Positions 51,347 to 62,110 of a stretch of 64,000 bases of DNA are shown piece by piece. The DNA is taken from NCBI GenBank assembly GCA_963754385.1, contig CAVWGE010000001.1, positions 8,575-72,574 of the forward strand. Reading direction: 5' to 3'. A model generated the notes under the pieces. That model saw only the letters and a list, made by a program, of their open reading frames with translations. It did no database searches and was not told the origin of the DNA. Both the position numbers and the translations under genes were made by a program. The DNA is from an uncultured Chloroflexia bacterium (lineage in GTDB: Bacteria; Chloroflexota; Dehalococcoidia; GIF9; UBA5629). Within the stretch, counting starts at the first letter, position 1, and every line of letters begins with the position of its first letter.

Positions 51347-51658
51347 ATGAATATCTATGTGGGCAACTTGTCGTCTGATGTAACTGAAGATGAACTGCGG
51401 GAGGAGTTCAAGGCTTTTGGAGAAGTGACATCCGCAAGCATCATAAAGGACAAGTATAGCGGGCAATCCAGGGGATTTGGCTTTGTTGAAATGCCATCGA
51501 AATCTGAAGCCGAAGCTGCAATTGCCGGTCTCAAAGGGAAAACATTGAAGGATAGGACGCTCGATGTTAATGAGGCTCGTCCTCGTTCCGACAGCAGAGG
51601 CGGGGGATTTAGGGGAAGAGGAGGAGGAGGAGGAGGAGGAGGACAAAGAAGATACTAA
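51347..51658 (+). CDS. rbpA: RRM-domain RNA-binding protein with a glycine-rich C-terminus
   Basis: 'MNIYVGNLS' (RNP2) and 'RGFGFVEM' (RNP1). C-terminal RGG/G-rich tail encoded by a (GGA)8 repeat. The start is moved to the ATG at 51347, which has an RBS. Confidence 0.85.
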   Translation: MNIYVGNLSSDVTEDELREEFKAFGEVTSASIIKDKYSGQSRGFGFVEMPSKSEAEAAIAGLKGKTLKDRTLDVNEARPRSDSRGGGFRGRGGGGGGGGQRRY

Positions 51659-51802
51659 ATCGCCTGGTCCTCATCTACATACTTAAGACATATAGCGGTG
51701 ACGCTTAGCATACAGGTGACCGAACAAGCAGTGCATGGTGCATTGTCAATGGTAGCGGCGCGATAATCGTGCCAAGATGAGGCGCTTTTATTCTTTTTTA
51801 AG

Positions 51803-53332
51803 ATGAAAAACAAAGTTGACCTGGACTCTGAAGATATACTCGGCATGAGGCCTGAGGTTGAGTCACTTGCATTTGCCCGGAGCACTTGGAGCACTTTTCG
51901 CGACGAGGGGGCAGAAGAAGATATTACCAAAATTGCCTCGCCCTGGGAAGCTGAGGAATGTACCGACCTTGAGGAGGAGTTGGGAGATAAGACAGAAAGA
52001 GAAGCTAAGTCCCTGCCTGGGCTTGATTTAGAGCCTGAGGAGCCGCCAGTTGATGCCCCGATTCTCATGTACCTCCGCGAGATAGGTAAAGTCTCACTTC
52101 TCACCGCAAACGATGAGAGGGTATTAGCCAGTAAATTAGAAGATACCAAGTATCTAGAGAAGATTGAAGGTCTTGGCTTTCAGCACCATGGTAGATATTC
52201 CCGAGCGGTTAGCACGACAATCTATCTGCTTCGTCACTTAATTGCAGCTTGGCCCATAGTTGATATTCTTGTCAAGCGCTTTGAGATTGCTGCGACAGAT
52301 AGCCTCGTCCAGACAATTTGCGCTCCCAGTCTGCGGGCGGCTATCGATGGTGTAATCGACCAGGAACTGGTGAAAGCTATTGCCGAAGCCAGTGGCAAAA
52401 GCATCTCAGAAGTTGAGCGGAGCTTGGTAGACCTTTCGATAGATAGCCGGCTTTTGCCTTTGGAATTACTGGAGAGCGTGGTAAACGGGACCTCTTGGAG
52501 TGAAATGGAATCTTTAGTAGCCGAGCCCGTTAATCTTGAATTTCTTTCTGAGCTTCGTGCTAAGAACCAGCAGCTTAAAAACCATTTTACCACGGTTAAA
52601 AGAGCAGCAAGTGAGTCGGAGAAGCGCCTTATTGAAGCAAATTTGCGCCTGGTTGTGAGTGTCGCCAAGAAATATACCGGACACGGAATACCATTTCTGG
52701 ACCTTATTCAGGAAGGCAACATTGGCTTATTCCGGGCTGTGGACAAATTCCAATATAGGAAAGGTTATAAATTCAGTACTTACGCTCATTGGTGGATTAG
52801 ACAAAGTATTACCAGGGCTATAGCTGACCAATCCCGCACCATCCGTATCCCGGTGCACATGGTTGAAATTATCAATAAGCTATTTAAGACCATTCGTAGT
52901 CTGGCTCAAGAGTATGGTCGTGAACCAAGTTACGATGAAATTGGCAGAGCGATGGATATCCCTTCAGAGAAAGTAAGGGAAGTTTTGAAATTATCTAGAA
53001 TGCCGCTGTCTTTAGAGGCTCCTGTTGGCGAAGAGGGAGACAGCGACCTCGGTGATTTTGTTGAAGACCGATCTACCATGCCGCCAGCCGAGGCTGCCTC
53101 ACGAGAGTTGCTTAAAGCGCAACTAATCAAGGTACTTGCTGAACTCAGCGACCGGGAGAGAAGGGTTCTACTACTCAGGTTCGGGTTAGAGGATGATCGC
53201 CCCCGAACTTTAGAGGAGGTGGGGAAGGAGTTTAATGTGACCCGGGAGCGAATCCGCCAGATTGAGGCTAAGGCATTACGCAAGCTGCGTCATCCCAGCC
53301 GCAGCCGGAAACTCAAAGACTACCTGGAGTAA
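51803..53332 (+). CDS. rpoD: RNA polymerase primary sigma factor (sigma-70 family)
   Basis: 509 aa. Regions 1.2, 2 ([14 protein letters not shown]), 3 and 4 ([29 protein letters not shown]). Confidence 0.9.
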   Translation: MKNKVDLDSEDILGMRPEVESLAFARSTWSTFRDEGAEEDITKIASPWEAEECTDLEEELGDKTEREAKSLPGLDLEPEEPPVDAPILMYLREIGKVSLLTANDERVLASKLEDTKYLEKIEGLGFQHHGRYSRAVSTTIYLLRHLIAAWPIVDILVKRFEIAATDSLVQTICAPSLRAAIDGVIDQELVKAIAEASGKSISEVERSLVDLSIDSRLLPLELLESVVNGTSWSEMESLVAEPVNLEFLSELRAKNQQLKNHFTTVKRAASESEKRLIEANLRLVVSVAKKYTGHGIPFLDLIQEGNIGLFRAVDKFQYRKGYKFSTYAHWWIRQSITRAIADQSRTIRIPVHMVEIINKLFKTIRSLAQEYGREPSYDEIGRAMDIPSEKVREVLKLSRMPLSLEAPVGEEGDSDLGDFVEDRSTMPPAEAASRELLKAQLIKVLAELSDRERRVLLLRFGLEDDRPRTLEEVGKEFNVTRERIRQIEAKALRKLRHPSRSRKLKDYLE

Positions 53333-53344
53333 GCTCGCACCTTA

Positions 53345-53977
53345 TTATTCGCAATCCAGCTTAAAGCCGCCGTTACAGGAAAGCTTTGAGCAAGCATCTG
53401 CCACTGTGGGGTCGTAGAGGATGCCTCTATTCTGCATGATTTCATCTAATGCCTTTGCCTCTCCCAGAGATGGCCGGTAAGGTCGGTGGGAGGCCATAGA
53501 TTCAATAACGTCAGCCACACACAGAATCCTGGCTTCTAAAATTATAGCCTCGCCGGAAATGCCTTTAGGATAACCGGAGCCATTTAACCTCTCATGGTGC
53601 TGCAGTACAGTTTCAGCCACCGGCCAGGGGAAATCCAGATTTCGCAGTATATCATAAGCTACCTGAGGATGAGTTTTAACGATGCTGAACTCGTCGGCAC
53701 TTAACTTGCCTGGTTTACTGAGAATGTCGCCGGGCACAGCTATTTTACCGATGTCATGGACTTCACCTGTTATGCGGATACCGCAAATCTGCTCGTCGGA
53801 AAGGTTCATCTCCCTGGCGATAGCACAGGCAAGCTGAGCTACTCGGCGCTGGTGACCAGCAGTATAAGGGTCCCTCTTTTCATGTAAGGCAGCGATAGCC
53901 TCGACTGTTCTGTTAATTACCTTCAGTAGACCTTCGAGTTTTTGTTCACTCAAGATTTTTCGCCTCCTTGAGGACAC
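53345..53977 (-). CDS. HD-GYP domain phosphohydrolase
   Basis: 210 aa. 'HHERLNGSGYP' and 'HDIGK' motifs. Confidence 0.75.
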   Translation of the reverse strand: MSSRRRKILSEQKLEGLLKVINRTVEAIAALHEKRDPYTAGHQRRVAQLACAIAREMNLSDEQICGIRITGEVHDIGKIAVPGDILSKPGKLSADEFSIVKTHPQVAYDILRNLDFPWPVAETVLQHHERLNGSGYPKGISGEAIILEARILCVADVIESMASHRPYRPSLGEAKALDEIMQNRGILYDPTVADACSKLSCNGGFKLDCE

Positions 53978-54137
53978 GTTCTAAAGCACGTTGAAAGCGG
54001 CATTAGACTCATATCGTTATATATGAGGGACACAGGCTTTTCGTTGGCAGGCTGGGAACATGGTGGGAACATGTGGAGAGTGCATTTCTAGATAATAAAC
54101 GTCGGAGATGGGCAAAAGGTTTATTATAAGAGCATGT

Positions 54138-54467
54138 TTAGCTATGCAGAATTTTGATAAGCTCCTCAGCCACAACGGAGGGAAGGTGGGCTTCCGGTAC
54201 ATGCCTGCCGTTTATGGACTCGCCGGCTGTTAAGAGGCTTTTACCGGCTCTAGCCCTGACCTCAGCCTTGTTGCCACAGGCACGCGGGCAGCCACACAGA
54301 ATAACCACCACGTCGATGCCATCTTCAGGCAGAGGTACAAGCTGGAAGTCACCACGTTCCTCAGCTACTTTGGTCAAGTGACGAGCTATCCTGGTCAATT
54401 CCACATAGGGATTGCAGGAGCCGCAATATTTCAGCGCTACTTTAACCTGGCGACTATTTTTCGACAC
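54138..54467 (-). CDS. CGGC-domain-like small cysteine-rich protein
   Basis: 109 aa. CGSC..ILCGCPRAC pattern. Directly downstream of the AbfD/HpaB-family gene. Confidence 0.35.
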   Translation of the reverse strand: MSKNSRQVKVALKYCGSCNPYVELTRIARHLTKVAEERGDFQLVPLPEDGIDVVVILCGCPRACGNKAEVRARAGKSLLTAGESINGRHVPEAHLPSVVAEELIKILHS

Positions 54468-54472
54468 TTCTG

Positions 54473-55933
54473 TTAGCAGACAAAGAGAGGCTGTTCACCG
54501 ATTTTGGCCAGCTTCTCTGCCAGCCGCTTTTTGTGCTCGAGATTGGCCCGCCGCTCAATCATAATTCTCTGCGCCTGTGGTGAGCCGGCACCATGCATGG
54601 ACTCGACCAGTGCAGTACCGCAAGTCGTTGCCTCAAGAAGGCGAATCAGCCGCATCCTGGTCTCGGTAGGTACATCGGCAACGCCCTTCATGTATTTATC
54701 CACATATTTACCGACCCTTGGGTCTTTCCAATCCATCTCCGAGGGCGCGGTGGCTAATATGCCGCCGGCGATGTCCTGGGCTAGCCTGGCGATTTCATAG
54801 ACATGGCGGGTAACGTTTAGTTTGGTAACATTAGCCAGCAGTGGGTCAGCCATGTATGAGCCGGCAGGTAAAGCATAACCCTGGCAGGAACAGGCTATGG
54901 AGCAGCAGTAAAGGGTCTCTGTCAGGTGAACCATCTCCACCAGCTTGTCCCTGATGTGTGAAGCCCGGTCAGTTCCCTGGGCTTGTGCCAGCGCGTAACT
55001 GGCGCCAATGAGAGTATCAGCCAGGCCGGTCTTGCAGCCACCGTAATTCTGGCGGTGAGCGGTGGCAAACCTCTCCACCAATTCGTAAGCAAACTCGTAT
55101 TCCCCGCACATGAAGACGTGCTCCCAGGGAACGAAGGTCTTGTCGAAGATAATCAGTGCCTCGCCACCAACTATGCCGTAGTCCACATTGCCCTGGTCAA
55201 GAAAGCAGTCGCACTTTCGCGCATCGTTGGTCTGCCTTCCGAAGATGTGTATTACCCCGGGTGCATCAACAGGCACGTAGAAGCAGACTGCATAGTCGGC
55301 GTCCTCCGCTTTCATGGCAGCCGTAGGCATCACCAGGTGCCCATGTGAATTAACGGCTCCGGTAATGTGGGCTTTGGCGCCGCTGACCACGATGCCGTCC
55401 TTCTTCTTTTCCACCACGTGCACATAGAGGTCGGGGTCTTTCTGCTTGCTTGGTGACAGACGGCGGTCACCTTTTACGTCGGTCATAGCCCCTGAAATCA
55501 TAAGGTCTTTTGATTGCACTTCCTTAAGAAAGTTGACCAACCGCTTGTGATAGTCAGTGCCCATTTTCTGGTCTATTTCATAGGTAATAGAATAGACCGA
55601 ATTGAGTCCATCGTGACCAACGCATCGCTGAAAGCAGCTTCCTGTCTGCTGACCAAGGGCGCGCATCATCTTGACCTTTTTCACCAGGTCATCGTGGCTG
55701 TGATGTATGTGCGTGTAGCGGTTGATTTTTTCACCTGTAAGATGTGAAGTAGTCGATAATAACTCCTCGAATTCCGGTGCCAACGCCATATCATAAGTGA
55801 GCGCTGCGGCATTAACATGAGGCACGAAGGCAGGATGGTCAACCACGCTCTCAATCTTCTCACCCAGATAGTAGATTTCGGGCTTTAGCCTCCTTAAGCT
55901 TTCCCGATATTGCTTTCCCGTCATCATACTCAT
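54473..55933 (-). CDS. 4-hydroxybutyryl-CoA dehydratase / 4-hydroxyphenylacetate 3-hydroxylase family protein (HpaB/AbfD fold)
   Basis: 486 aa. Family-typical length and N-terminus (GKQYRESLRRLKPEIYYLGEKIE...). Confidence 0.6.
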   Translation of the reverse strand: MSMMTGKQYRESLRRLKPEIYYLGEKIESVVDHPAFVPHVNAAALTYDMALAPEFEELLSTTSHLTGEKINRYTHIHHSHDDLVKKVKMMRALGQQTGSCFQRCVGHDGLNSVYSITYEIDQKMGTDYHKRLVNFLKEVQSKDLMISGAMTDVKGDRRLSPSKQKDPDLYVHVVEKKKDGIVVSGAKAHITGAVNSHGHLVMPTAAMKAEDADYAVCFYVPVDAPGVIHIFGRQTNDARKCDCFLDQGNVDYGIVGGEALIIFDKTFVPWEHVFMCGEYEFAYELVERFATAHRQNYGGCKTGLADTLIGASYALAQAQGTDRASHIRDKLVEMVHLTETLYCCSIACSCQGYALPAGSYMADPLLANVTKLNVTRHVYEIARLAQDIAGGILATAPSEMDWKDPRVGKYVDKYMKGVADVPTETRMRLIRLLEATTCGTALVESMHGAGSPQAQRIMIERRANLEHKKRLAEKLAKIGEQPLFVC

Positions 55934-56052
55934 GCGTCACCTCCAGAAGTTCTATTTAGCCACGTTCCTTACTAAATCAATATGTGTAATATCATACTAT
56001 AGGTGTATGTCCCTACGCCAGAAAGCATTAATGAATCGCCCAGACGAGATTT

Positions 56053-58428
56053 GTGGAGAAAGAGCGATATTATTTACCCCTTGTAAAATCAGGCTCAATA
56101 CCGATACAATGTGACATTAAGATATTGAGGGAAAGAGCCGTGGAAATATATCGTGATGCCTCACAGACAATAGATGCTAGAGTCAAAGACCTAATTTCCA
56201 AGATGACGCTTGATGAGAAGGTAGCACAGCTCGGTGGTGTCTGGAGTTATGAAGTATTAGAAGCCGGGAGATTCTCTCTAAAGATGGCAGAAGCGCTAAT
56301 CGGAAATGGCATCGGCCAGATATGCAGACCCGGAGTAGCTACTGGTTTCCCTCCTAAAGACATGGCGGAGCTATTAAATGGTATTCAGAAGTTTCTGGTG
56401 GAAAATACCAGACTGGGCATACCGGCACTGGTCCACGAGGAGTGTCTGAATGGCTTTATGGCCAAAAATGCCACCATCTTCCCTCAGATCATAGGTATGG
56501 CCAGCACCTGGGAACCGGAACTGGTGGATAAGATGACCCGGGTAACAAGGGCACAGATGATGGCTGTAGGCGTGCGCCAGGGGCTTTCACCTGTTTTAGA
56601 CGTGGTCAGAGACCCAAGATGGGGAAGAGTCGAAGAGACCTATGGTGAGGACACTTACCTCGTCGCCACCATGGGAACGGCATTTGTAAAAGGGCTGCAA
56701 GGCGAAGACATAAAACAAGGCATTGTAGCTACGTTAAAACACTTCGTCGGTTATGGCAAACCGGAGGGCGGGCTTAACTGGGCGCCTGCTGATATACCGC
56801 CCAGGATGCTCAGGGAAGTCTATCTATATCCATTTAAGAAAGCCATCAAAGAGGGTGGGGCATTGTCCGTGATGAACGCCTACCACGAGATAGATGGCAT
56901 TCCGTGCGGTGCTTCTACGGAACTGCTTACGGATATACTGCGTAATGAATGGGGATTCGGGGGGATTGTTGTTGCCGACTACTATGCTGTTGACAATTTG
57001 TGGAGTTATCACCGGATAGCTCCTGATAAGGCAAATGCGGCTAGGCTGGCTCTTACAGCCGGTATTGATATTGAGCTTCCCAATCATGACTGCTATGCCC
57101 AACCTTTAAAAGGGCAAATTGAAAAAGGTCTGGTGTCGAAGAAATTGATTGAGCGGGCTGTTTCTAGGGTACTGAGACTTAAGTTCATGCTGGGTCTATT
57201 TGAAAATCCTTACGTTAAGGCAGAAGAGGCAGCAAAGGTTTTTGACCTGCCGGAGCACCGTAAACTCGCCCTCGAGACTGCCCGGAAATCAATAGTCCTG
57301 TTGAAGAACAAGGATAATATTCTGCCACTAAATAGGAATATTAAGACCATCGCCATTATAGGTCCGAATGCTGATGTTCAAAGGAATCTACTGGGTGACT
57401 ATACTTATCCCGCCCATATTGAGGTAGTAATAATGGCGGCAGAGGCAGCAGGTGCTCAATTGCCGGCTCCAGATGAGCGTGCAGACCACGTTACTGTTCC
57501 TGTAGTCACCGTACTGGAGGGGATTAAGGCCAAGGTTGATAAGGGCACCAGTATACTGTATGCGGCTGGCTGTGAGTATAATACCACTTCCAAAGATGGT
57601 TTCTCTGAAGCAGTTAAAGCTGCACAGACAGCTGACGCAGCCATCCTGGTAGTGGGAGGAAAATCCGGTCTGACACCGGATTGTACTTGTGGGGAAATGA
57701 GAGACAGCGCTGAACTCCGCCTTCCGGGTGTTCAGGATGACCTCGTTAGAGCTATTTATGAAACGGGGACTCCCGTGGTACTCATTCTCGTGGACGGTAG
57801 ACCGCTCGCTCTGGGGTGGATTATAGAAAAGATACCGGCTATTATCGAAGCCTGGCTCCCCGGGGAGGAAGGTGGCAACGCCGTTGCCGATGTTCTTTTT
57901 GGTGACTACAACCCTGGAGGCAAACTCCCCATATCATTCCCGGCAAAGGTAGGCCAGATACCGGTGTATTATGGACATAAGCCGTCAGGTAGCAAGTCCC
58001 AGTTCTGGGGGGATTACGTTGATGCCAGCACCAGTCCGGCTTTTGAATTCGGCTACGGTCTCAGCTATACCACCTTCAACTTCAGCAACCTGCGGATAGA
58101 GCCAAATCGGGTTCGGCTAACCGGCAAAACCTCTATAATTGTCGACGTCGAGAATACCGGAAACAGAGCCGGCGAAGAAGTAGTCCAGCTCTATATCAAC
58201 GACGTGGTTGCCAGCATTACCAGACCGGTGAAAGAATTGAAAGGTTTCAAACGAATTGCGCTGGAGCCTGCTGAAACCAGGACAGTGAAATTCGAATTGT
58301 CAGCAGAAGCTCTCGGCTTCTATGACAAGGATATGGAGTTCACCGTCGAGCCCGGTGTTTTCAAAGTAATGGTGGGACGCTCTTCCAAAGATATCATCCT
58401 TGAGGGCGAGTTCGAAGTAATAGCCTGA
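56053..58428 (+). CDS. Glycoside hydrolase family 3 beta-glucosidase (BglX-like, with Fn3-like C-terminal domain)
   Basis: GH3 N- and C-domain motifs (KHFVGYG; ..GFGGIVVADY..). The start codon is uncertain. Confidence 0.8.
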   Translation: MEKERYYLPLVKSGSIPIQCDIKILRERAVEIYRDASQTIDARVKDLISKMTLDEKVAQLGGVWSYEVLEAGRFSLKMAEALIGNGIGQICRPGVATGFPPKDMAELLNGIQKFLVENTRLGIPALVHEECLNGFMAKNATIFPQIIGMASTWEPELVDKMTRVTRAQMMAVGVRQGLSPVLDVVRDPRWGRVEETYGEDTYLVATMGTAFVKGLQGEDIKQGIVATLKHFVGYGKPEGGLNWAPADIPPRMLREVYLYPFKKAIKEGGALSVMNAYHEIDGIPCGASTELLTDILRNEWGFGGIVVADYYAVDNLWSYHRIAPDKANAARLALTAGIDIELPNHDCYAQPLKGQIEKGLVSKKLIERAVSRVLRLKFMLGLFENPYVKAEEAAKVFDLPEHRKLALETARKSIVLLKNKDNILPLNRNIKTIAIIGPNADVQRNLLGDYTYPAHIEVVIMAAEAAGAQLPAPDERADHVTVPVVTVLEGIKAKVDKGTSILYAAGCEYNTTSKDGFSEAVKAAQTADAAILVVGGKSGLTPDCTCGEMRDSAELRLPGVQDDLVRAIYETGTPVVLILVDGRPLALGWIIEKIPAIIEAWLPGEEGGNAVADVLFGDYNPGGKLPISFPAKVGQIPVYYGHKPSGSKSQFWGDYVDASTSPAFEFGYGLSYTTFNFSNLRIEPNRVRLTGKTSIIVDVENTGNRAGEEVVQLYINDVVASITRPVKELKGFKRIALEPAETRTVKFELSAEALGFYDKDMEFTVEPGVFKVMVGRSSKDIILEGEFEVIA

Positions 58429-58593
58429 GGGGACTTTCCTTGAAGTTAAGGGGCTATAGTCTTCGCTTCGCTCATAATGACGTTAGGACCATTGCTACAC
58501 TCTCAAACAGAACTTGATTTGCAAAGCTGGTTGTCGTAGACTACTTTAAATATGCACAATCCTTTCAAGATTGGAGGCTAAGTAATAACAGGC

Positions 58594-59562
58594 ATGCGAG
58601 CTAGAATTAAAAACTCAGATGAACTTTCGGTAGCTACGAAAGACAGGAAATTCAGTCTATTTGACGCTATCGGCAATACTCCACTGGTAGAACTAAGGAA
58701 TCTAAATGGGAATCCGAGGGTAAAAATTCTGGGTAAACTCGAGGGCAACAATCCGGGAGGTTCGGTCAAAGACCGGCCTGCCTATTATATGATAATCAAG
58801 GCTGAGGAATCAGGCAAGCTCACCAAAGACAAGACGATTGTTGAGCCGACCTCGGGAAACATGGGAATTGCACTGGCTATGATAGGAGCTGCCAAGGGAT
58901 ACCGTGTCAAACTATATATGCCGGAATGCGTTAGCACAGAGAGACAGCGTACTCTGGCGGCACTGGGTGCCGAAGTAATCCTCACTCCTGCGGGAGAAGG
59001 CACTGACGGCGCTATCATGGCGGCACGACAGCTCGCCAGCGAAGACCCCGGAAATTGCTGCTATATGCCCAATCAATTCGACAATGAGAGCAATGTTTTG
59101 GCTCATTACGAGACAACCGGTCCTGAGGTCTTTTCTCAGACTAAAGGGGAAGTCGATGTATTTGTTGCCGGCATGGGGACTACAGGAACATTGATGGGAG
59201 TTGGAAAATACCTAAAAGAGAAAAAGCCGGGCGTGAGGATAGTCGGTGTAGAGCCTACAGTGGGGCACACGATACAGGGACTTAAGAATATGAGTGAATC
59301 CATAGTTCCCAAAATCTACCGTCCGGATATGTTTGATGAAAAGGTTATCATTGAGGACGAAGAAGCATTCGGAATGACCAGACTACTCGCAACCAAAGAG
59401 GGGCTCTTCGTCGGCATGTCAAGCGGAGCCGCAGTAGCCGGGGCTTTGCGAATAGCAAAAAACCTGAACTCGGGCATTATTGTGGTGATATTGCCTGACC
59501 GGGGAGACCGCTACCTGAGCACAACGCTGTTCCGGTCGTTCTGCGCCAAATGCCCCCCCTAA
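58594..59562 (+). CDS. cysK: Cysteine synthase (O-acetylserine sulfhydrylase, PLP fold type II)
   Basis: 'GNTPLVEL', PLP-lysine context 'KLEGNNPGGSVKDRPA', and the GTTGT loop. Confidence 0.85.
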   Translation: MRARIKNSDELSVATKDRKFSLFDAIGNTPLVELRNLNGNPRVKILGKLEGNNPGGSVKDRPAYYMIIKAEESGKLTKDKTIVEPTSGNMGIALAMIGAAKGYRVKLYMPECVSTERQRTLAALGAEVILTPAGEGTDGAIMAARQLASEDPGNCCYMPNQFDNESNVLAHYETTGPEVFSQTKGEVDVFVAGMGTTGTLMGVGKYLKEKKPGVRIVGVEPTVGHTIQGLKNMSESIVPKIYRPDMFDEKVIIEDEEAFGMTRLLATKEGLFVGMSSGAAVAGALRIAKNLNSGIIVVILPDRGDRYLSTTLFRSFCAKCPP

Positions 59563-59614
59563 ACCACTGTCAACCGACGAGTGTAGCAGCGAGCCTGTAT
59601 TAGTGCAGCGACGT

Positions 59615-60811
59615 TTACTTAAGCTGCTCTCGTGAATAGTCGAGGATTCGTCGTGCTACTACAAGCATGTTAATCTGGCCGGTGCCTTCGAAGATATCAT
59701 TTATCTTGGCATCACGCATCCACTTCTCCAGTAGATATTTCCTGGAGTAGCCCAGCGGCCCCATAAGCTCAACCGCCTTCTGGGTTATTTTGGTGACGGC
59801 AAGTCCGGCTTTCGCTTTGGCCATTGACGCTTCAAGGTTATTAGGCAAAAACTGTCCCATCATCCATAATGAACGCAACGTCAGCAGTTTAGCCGCCTTG
59901 TAATTGGCTTCCATATCCATAACATCCCGCTCCAGAGTGCTGAGCTTCTGCCGCGGCAAGCCATAGCGAATTTCTATGCCTTCCTTCTCCAGTGTTTCCT
60001 TGATGAAATCCAGCGCAGCCCGTCCCACACCCAAAGCCATGGCAGCAACAATGGGTCGCGTGGCATCGAAGGTAGCCATCGCCTTCTTAAAGCCGGCGGT
60101 TCCGGTCTTATCTATTTTCCTAACTTCAGGGCTGCCCAGTATGTTTTCAAAGGGAATGCGGCAATTATCGAAAACTATGGTAGCCGTATCACTAGCCCTG
60201 ATTCCCAGCTTTTTCTCTAGCTTCTCCACTTTTGCTCCCGGAGTTCCAGCCGGCACCACAAATGACTTCATACCTGCACGTCCTGCTGATTTGTCCACGG
60301 TGGCCCAGACTACCACCAGACTTCCCGGTCCTTCCATAGCTCTTTTCCCCCAGGTTATGAATATCTTCTCGCCGTTGAGCACCCATTCGTCGCCATCGCG
60401 TACTGCGGTGGTGGTTATAGCGGAAGTGTCCGAGCCGCAACCGGTTTCTGTCATCGCCATAGCACCCCATTTCGGCCCACCCTCGTTGTAGGTGCCCAGA
60501 AAACGTTGTATCTGCTCTTGTGTCCCGGTGGCGAAAATAGCCGCACCTCCCAACCCCGGAGTCGGAACACACAGATAAAAGCCGGCATCGCCCCAGCAGG
60601 CTTCCTCCACCCTTAATGCTGCAGTCAGGTCTAAACCCGCGAATAAACTGCCTTCTGCTCTTTTCTCCCACAGCTTGTCAATGACTTCCTGCGGGCTCTC
60701 ATGCTCATGTTCGTCATAGTAGCGACTTATAGGGCGAAATAGCGCTTGGGCAACTTTGTGTGCTGTTTCAACTGCTTCTTTTTGTTCCGGTGTAAGTTCA
60801 AAATCTATCAT
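59615..60811 (-). CDS. Acyl-CoA dehydrogenase
   Basis: 398-aa ACAD fold, second gene of a tandem pair. Confidence 0.75.
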   Translation of the reverse strand: MIDFELTPEQKEAVETAHKVAQALFRPISRYYDEHEHESPQEVIDKLWEKRAEGSLFAGLDLTAALRVEEACWGDAGFYLCVPTPGLGGAAIFATGTQEQIQRFLGTYNEGGPKWGAMAMTETGCGSDTSAITTTAVRDGDEWVLNGEKIFITWGKRAMEGPGSLVVVWATVDKSAGRAGMKSFVVPAGTPGAKVEKLEKKLGIRASDTATIVFDNCRIPFENILGSPEVRKIDKTGTAGFKKAMATFDATRPIVAAMALGVGRAALDFIKETLEKEGIEIRYGLPRQKLSTLERDVMDMEANYKAAKLLTLRSLWMMGQFLPNNLEASMAKAKAGLAVTKITQKAVELMGPLGYSRKYLLEKWMRDAKINDIFEGTGQINMLVVARRILDYSREQLK

Positions 60812-60825
60812 TACCTTGCCTCCTT

Positions 60826-61920
60826 CTATACGATAGCCATGCCATCAAAAGTGGCAAAGCCTCGACCGTTCCTGAGCCACAGCTCGACCGGGTGGTCTCG
60901 AACATAACCGTGTCCACCCAGTATCTGCACGGCGCGGTCGGTCACCATTAAAACCATGTCGTCAGCATACATTTTTACTACTGAAGCCTCTTTGCATGTC
61001 TCTTCATTTCGGTCCAATTTCCAGGCAGCCTCCCAGACCATCAACCTGGTGGCATCGATTTCAATTGCCATCTCTGCCAGCATGAAGGCGATAGTCTGTC
61101 GAGCCGCAATTGGCTCGCCGAAGGCAACACGTTCCTTGGCATAGTCCCTTGAATACTCAAAGGCAGCTCTGGCTACTCCCACAGCCATCGCCGAGAGTGC
61201 TACCTGTGAGCAATTCATAATACGCACAAAATCACATCCCTTTTCGCCACCCAGCCGATTCTCCTTAGGTACACGGCAGTTCTTCAGGCTGAGCTCGTAG
61301 GTGGCTAGAGCTTTTATTCCCATGTTCTTCTCTCGTTCGCCCATCTCCAGCCCCTTTGTGCCTTTTTCGATGATGAAGCCCTGGGTGCTGCCTTTTTCAG
61401 CCGCATAGACCAGCAAGAGGTCGGCATTCGCAGCCAGAGGCACGTAGCATTTCTCACCGTTAAGCACGTAGCTATCGCCGTCAGGTCGAGCAGTGGTTGA
61501 AAGAGAGTAGGGGTCGAAACCGAAGCGTGGCTCGATGAGGGCGGCGGTAGCGGTTCTGTACCTCTCGTCGCTGAAAGCCGGCAGGTATTTCTTCTTCTGC
61601 TCCTCAGTGCCCATCTCGAGAATAGGACAAACCACCAGAGCGGGACAGAGGATGTGCATAGCCATCGACAGGTCGCCCCAAGCCAGTTCCTCAGCGATGA
61701 GCCCACCGGTGATTGCTGAGTGCTCGCCGCCAAGTCCTCCGTACTTCTCAGGTATGCTGGTGGAGACAAGTCCCAGCTTCCAGGCGGTATTGATTACGGA
61801 GGCAGGAATCTCACCGCTTTCGTCGCACTCCCTGTATACTTTCCTCATCTCGTCGTTGGCAAACTGGTTCACCATCTTCACGATCATTTGCTGTTCTTCA
61901 CTCGGACTAAACGAGAGCAT
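60826..61920 (-). CDS. Acyl-CoA dehydrogenase
   Basis: 364-aa ACAD fold (..GGHGYVRDHPVELWLRN..). Confidence 0.75.
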   Translation of the reverse strand: MLSFSPSEEQQMIVKMVNQFANDEMRKVYRECDESGEIPASVINTAWKLGLVSTSIPEKYGGLGGEHSAITGGLIAEELAWGDLSMAMHILCPALVVCPILEMGTEEQKKKYLPAFSDERYRTATAALIEPRFGFDPYSLSTTARPDGDSYVLNGEKCYVPLAANADLLLVYAAEKGSTQGFIIEKGTKGLEMGEREKNMGIKALATYELSLKNCRVPKENRLGGEKGCDFVRIMNCSQVALSAMAVGVARAAFEYSRDYAKERVAFGEPIAARQTIAFMLAEMAIEIDATRLMVWEAAWKLDRNEETCKEASVVKMYADDMVLMVTDRAVQILGGHGYVRDHPVELWLRNGRGFATFDGMAIV

Positions 61921-62110
61921 ATCTCAACTCCTTTCAGAATATACGTAGTTTCAACACATCCCCAAACGAGAAATGTAACACCACAAGAACCTTCCGTCAA
62001 GGATAAAAATACCTGCGAGGAATTGCCGGTAGGTTGATTTAATTATATCAGTAATTTCAGATAAGACAATACTTTGCTTAACTCGTCTGCTTCTGTTATC
62101 ATCTCAAAAC

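Noticed and set aside
51260-51646. 128-aa minus-strand ORF with a poly-Ser N-terminus
   Set aside because: It is the antisense of the (GGA)n / RRM gene and an artefact of the trinucleotide repeat.
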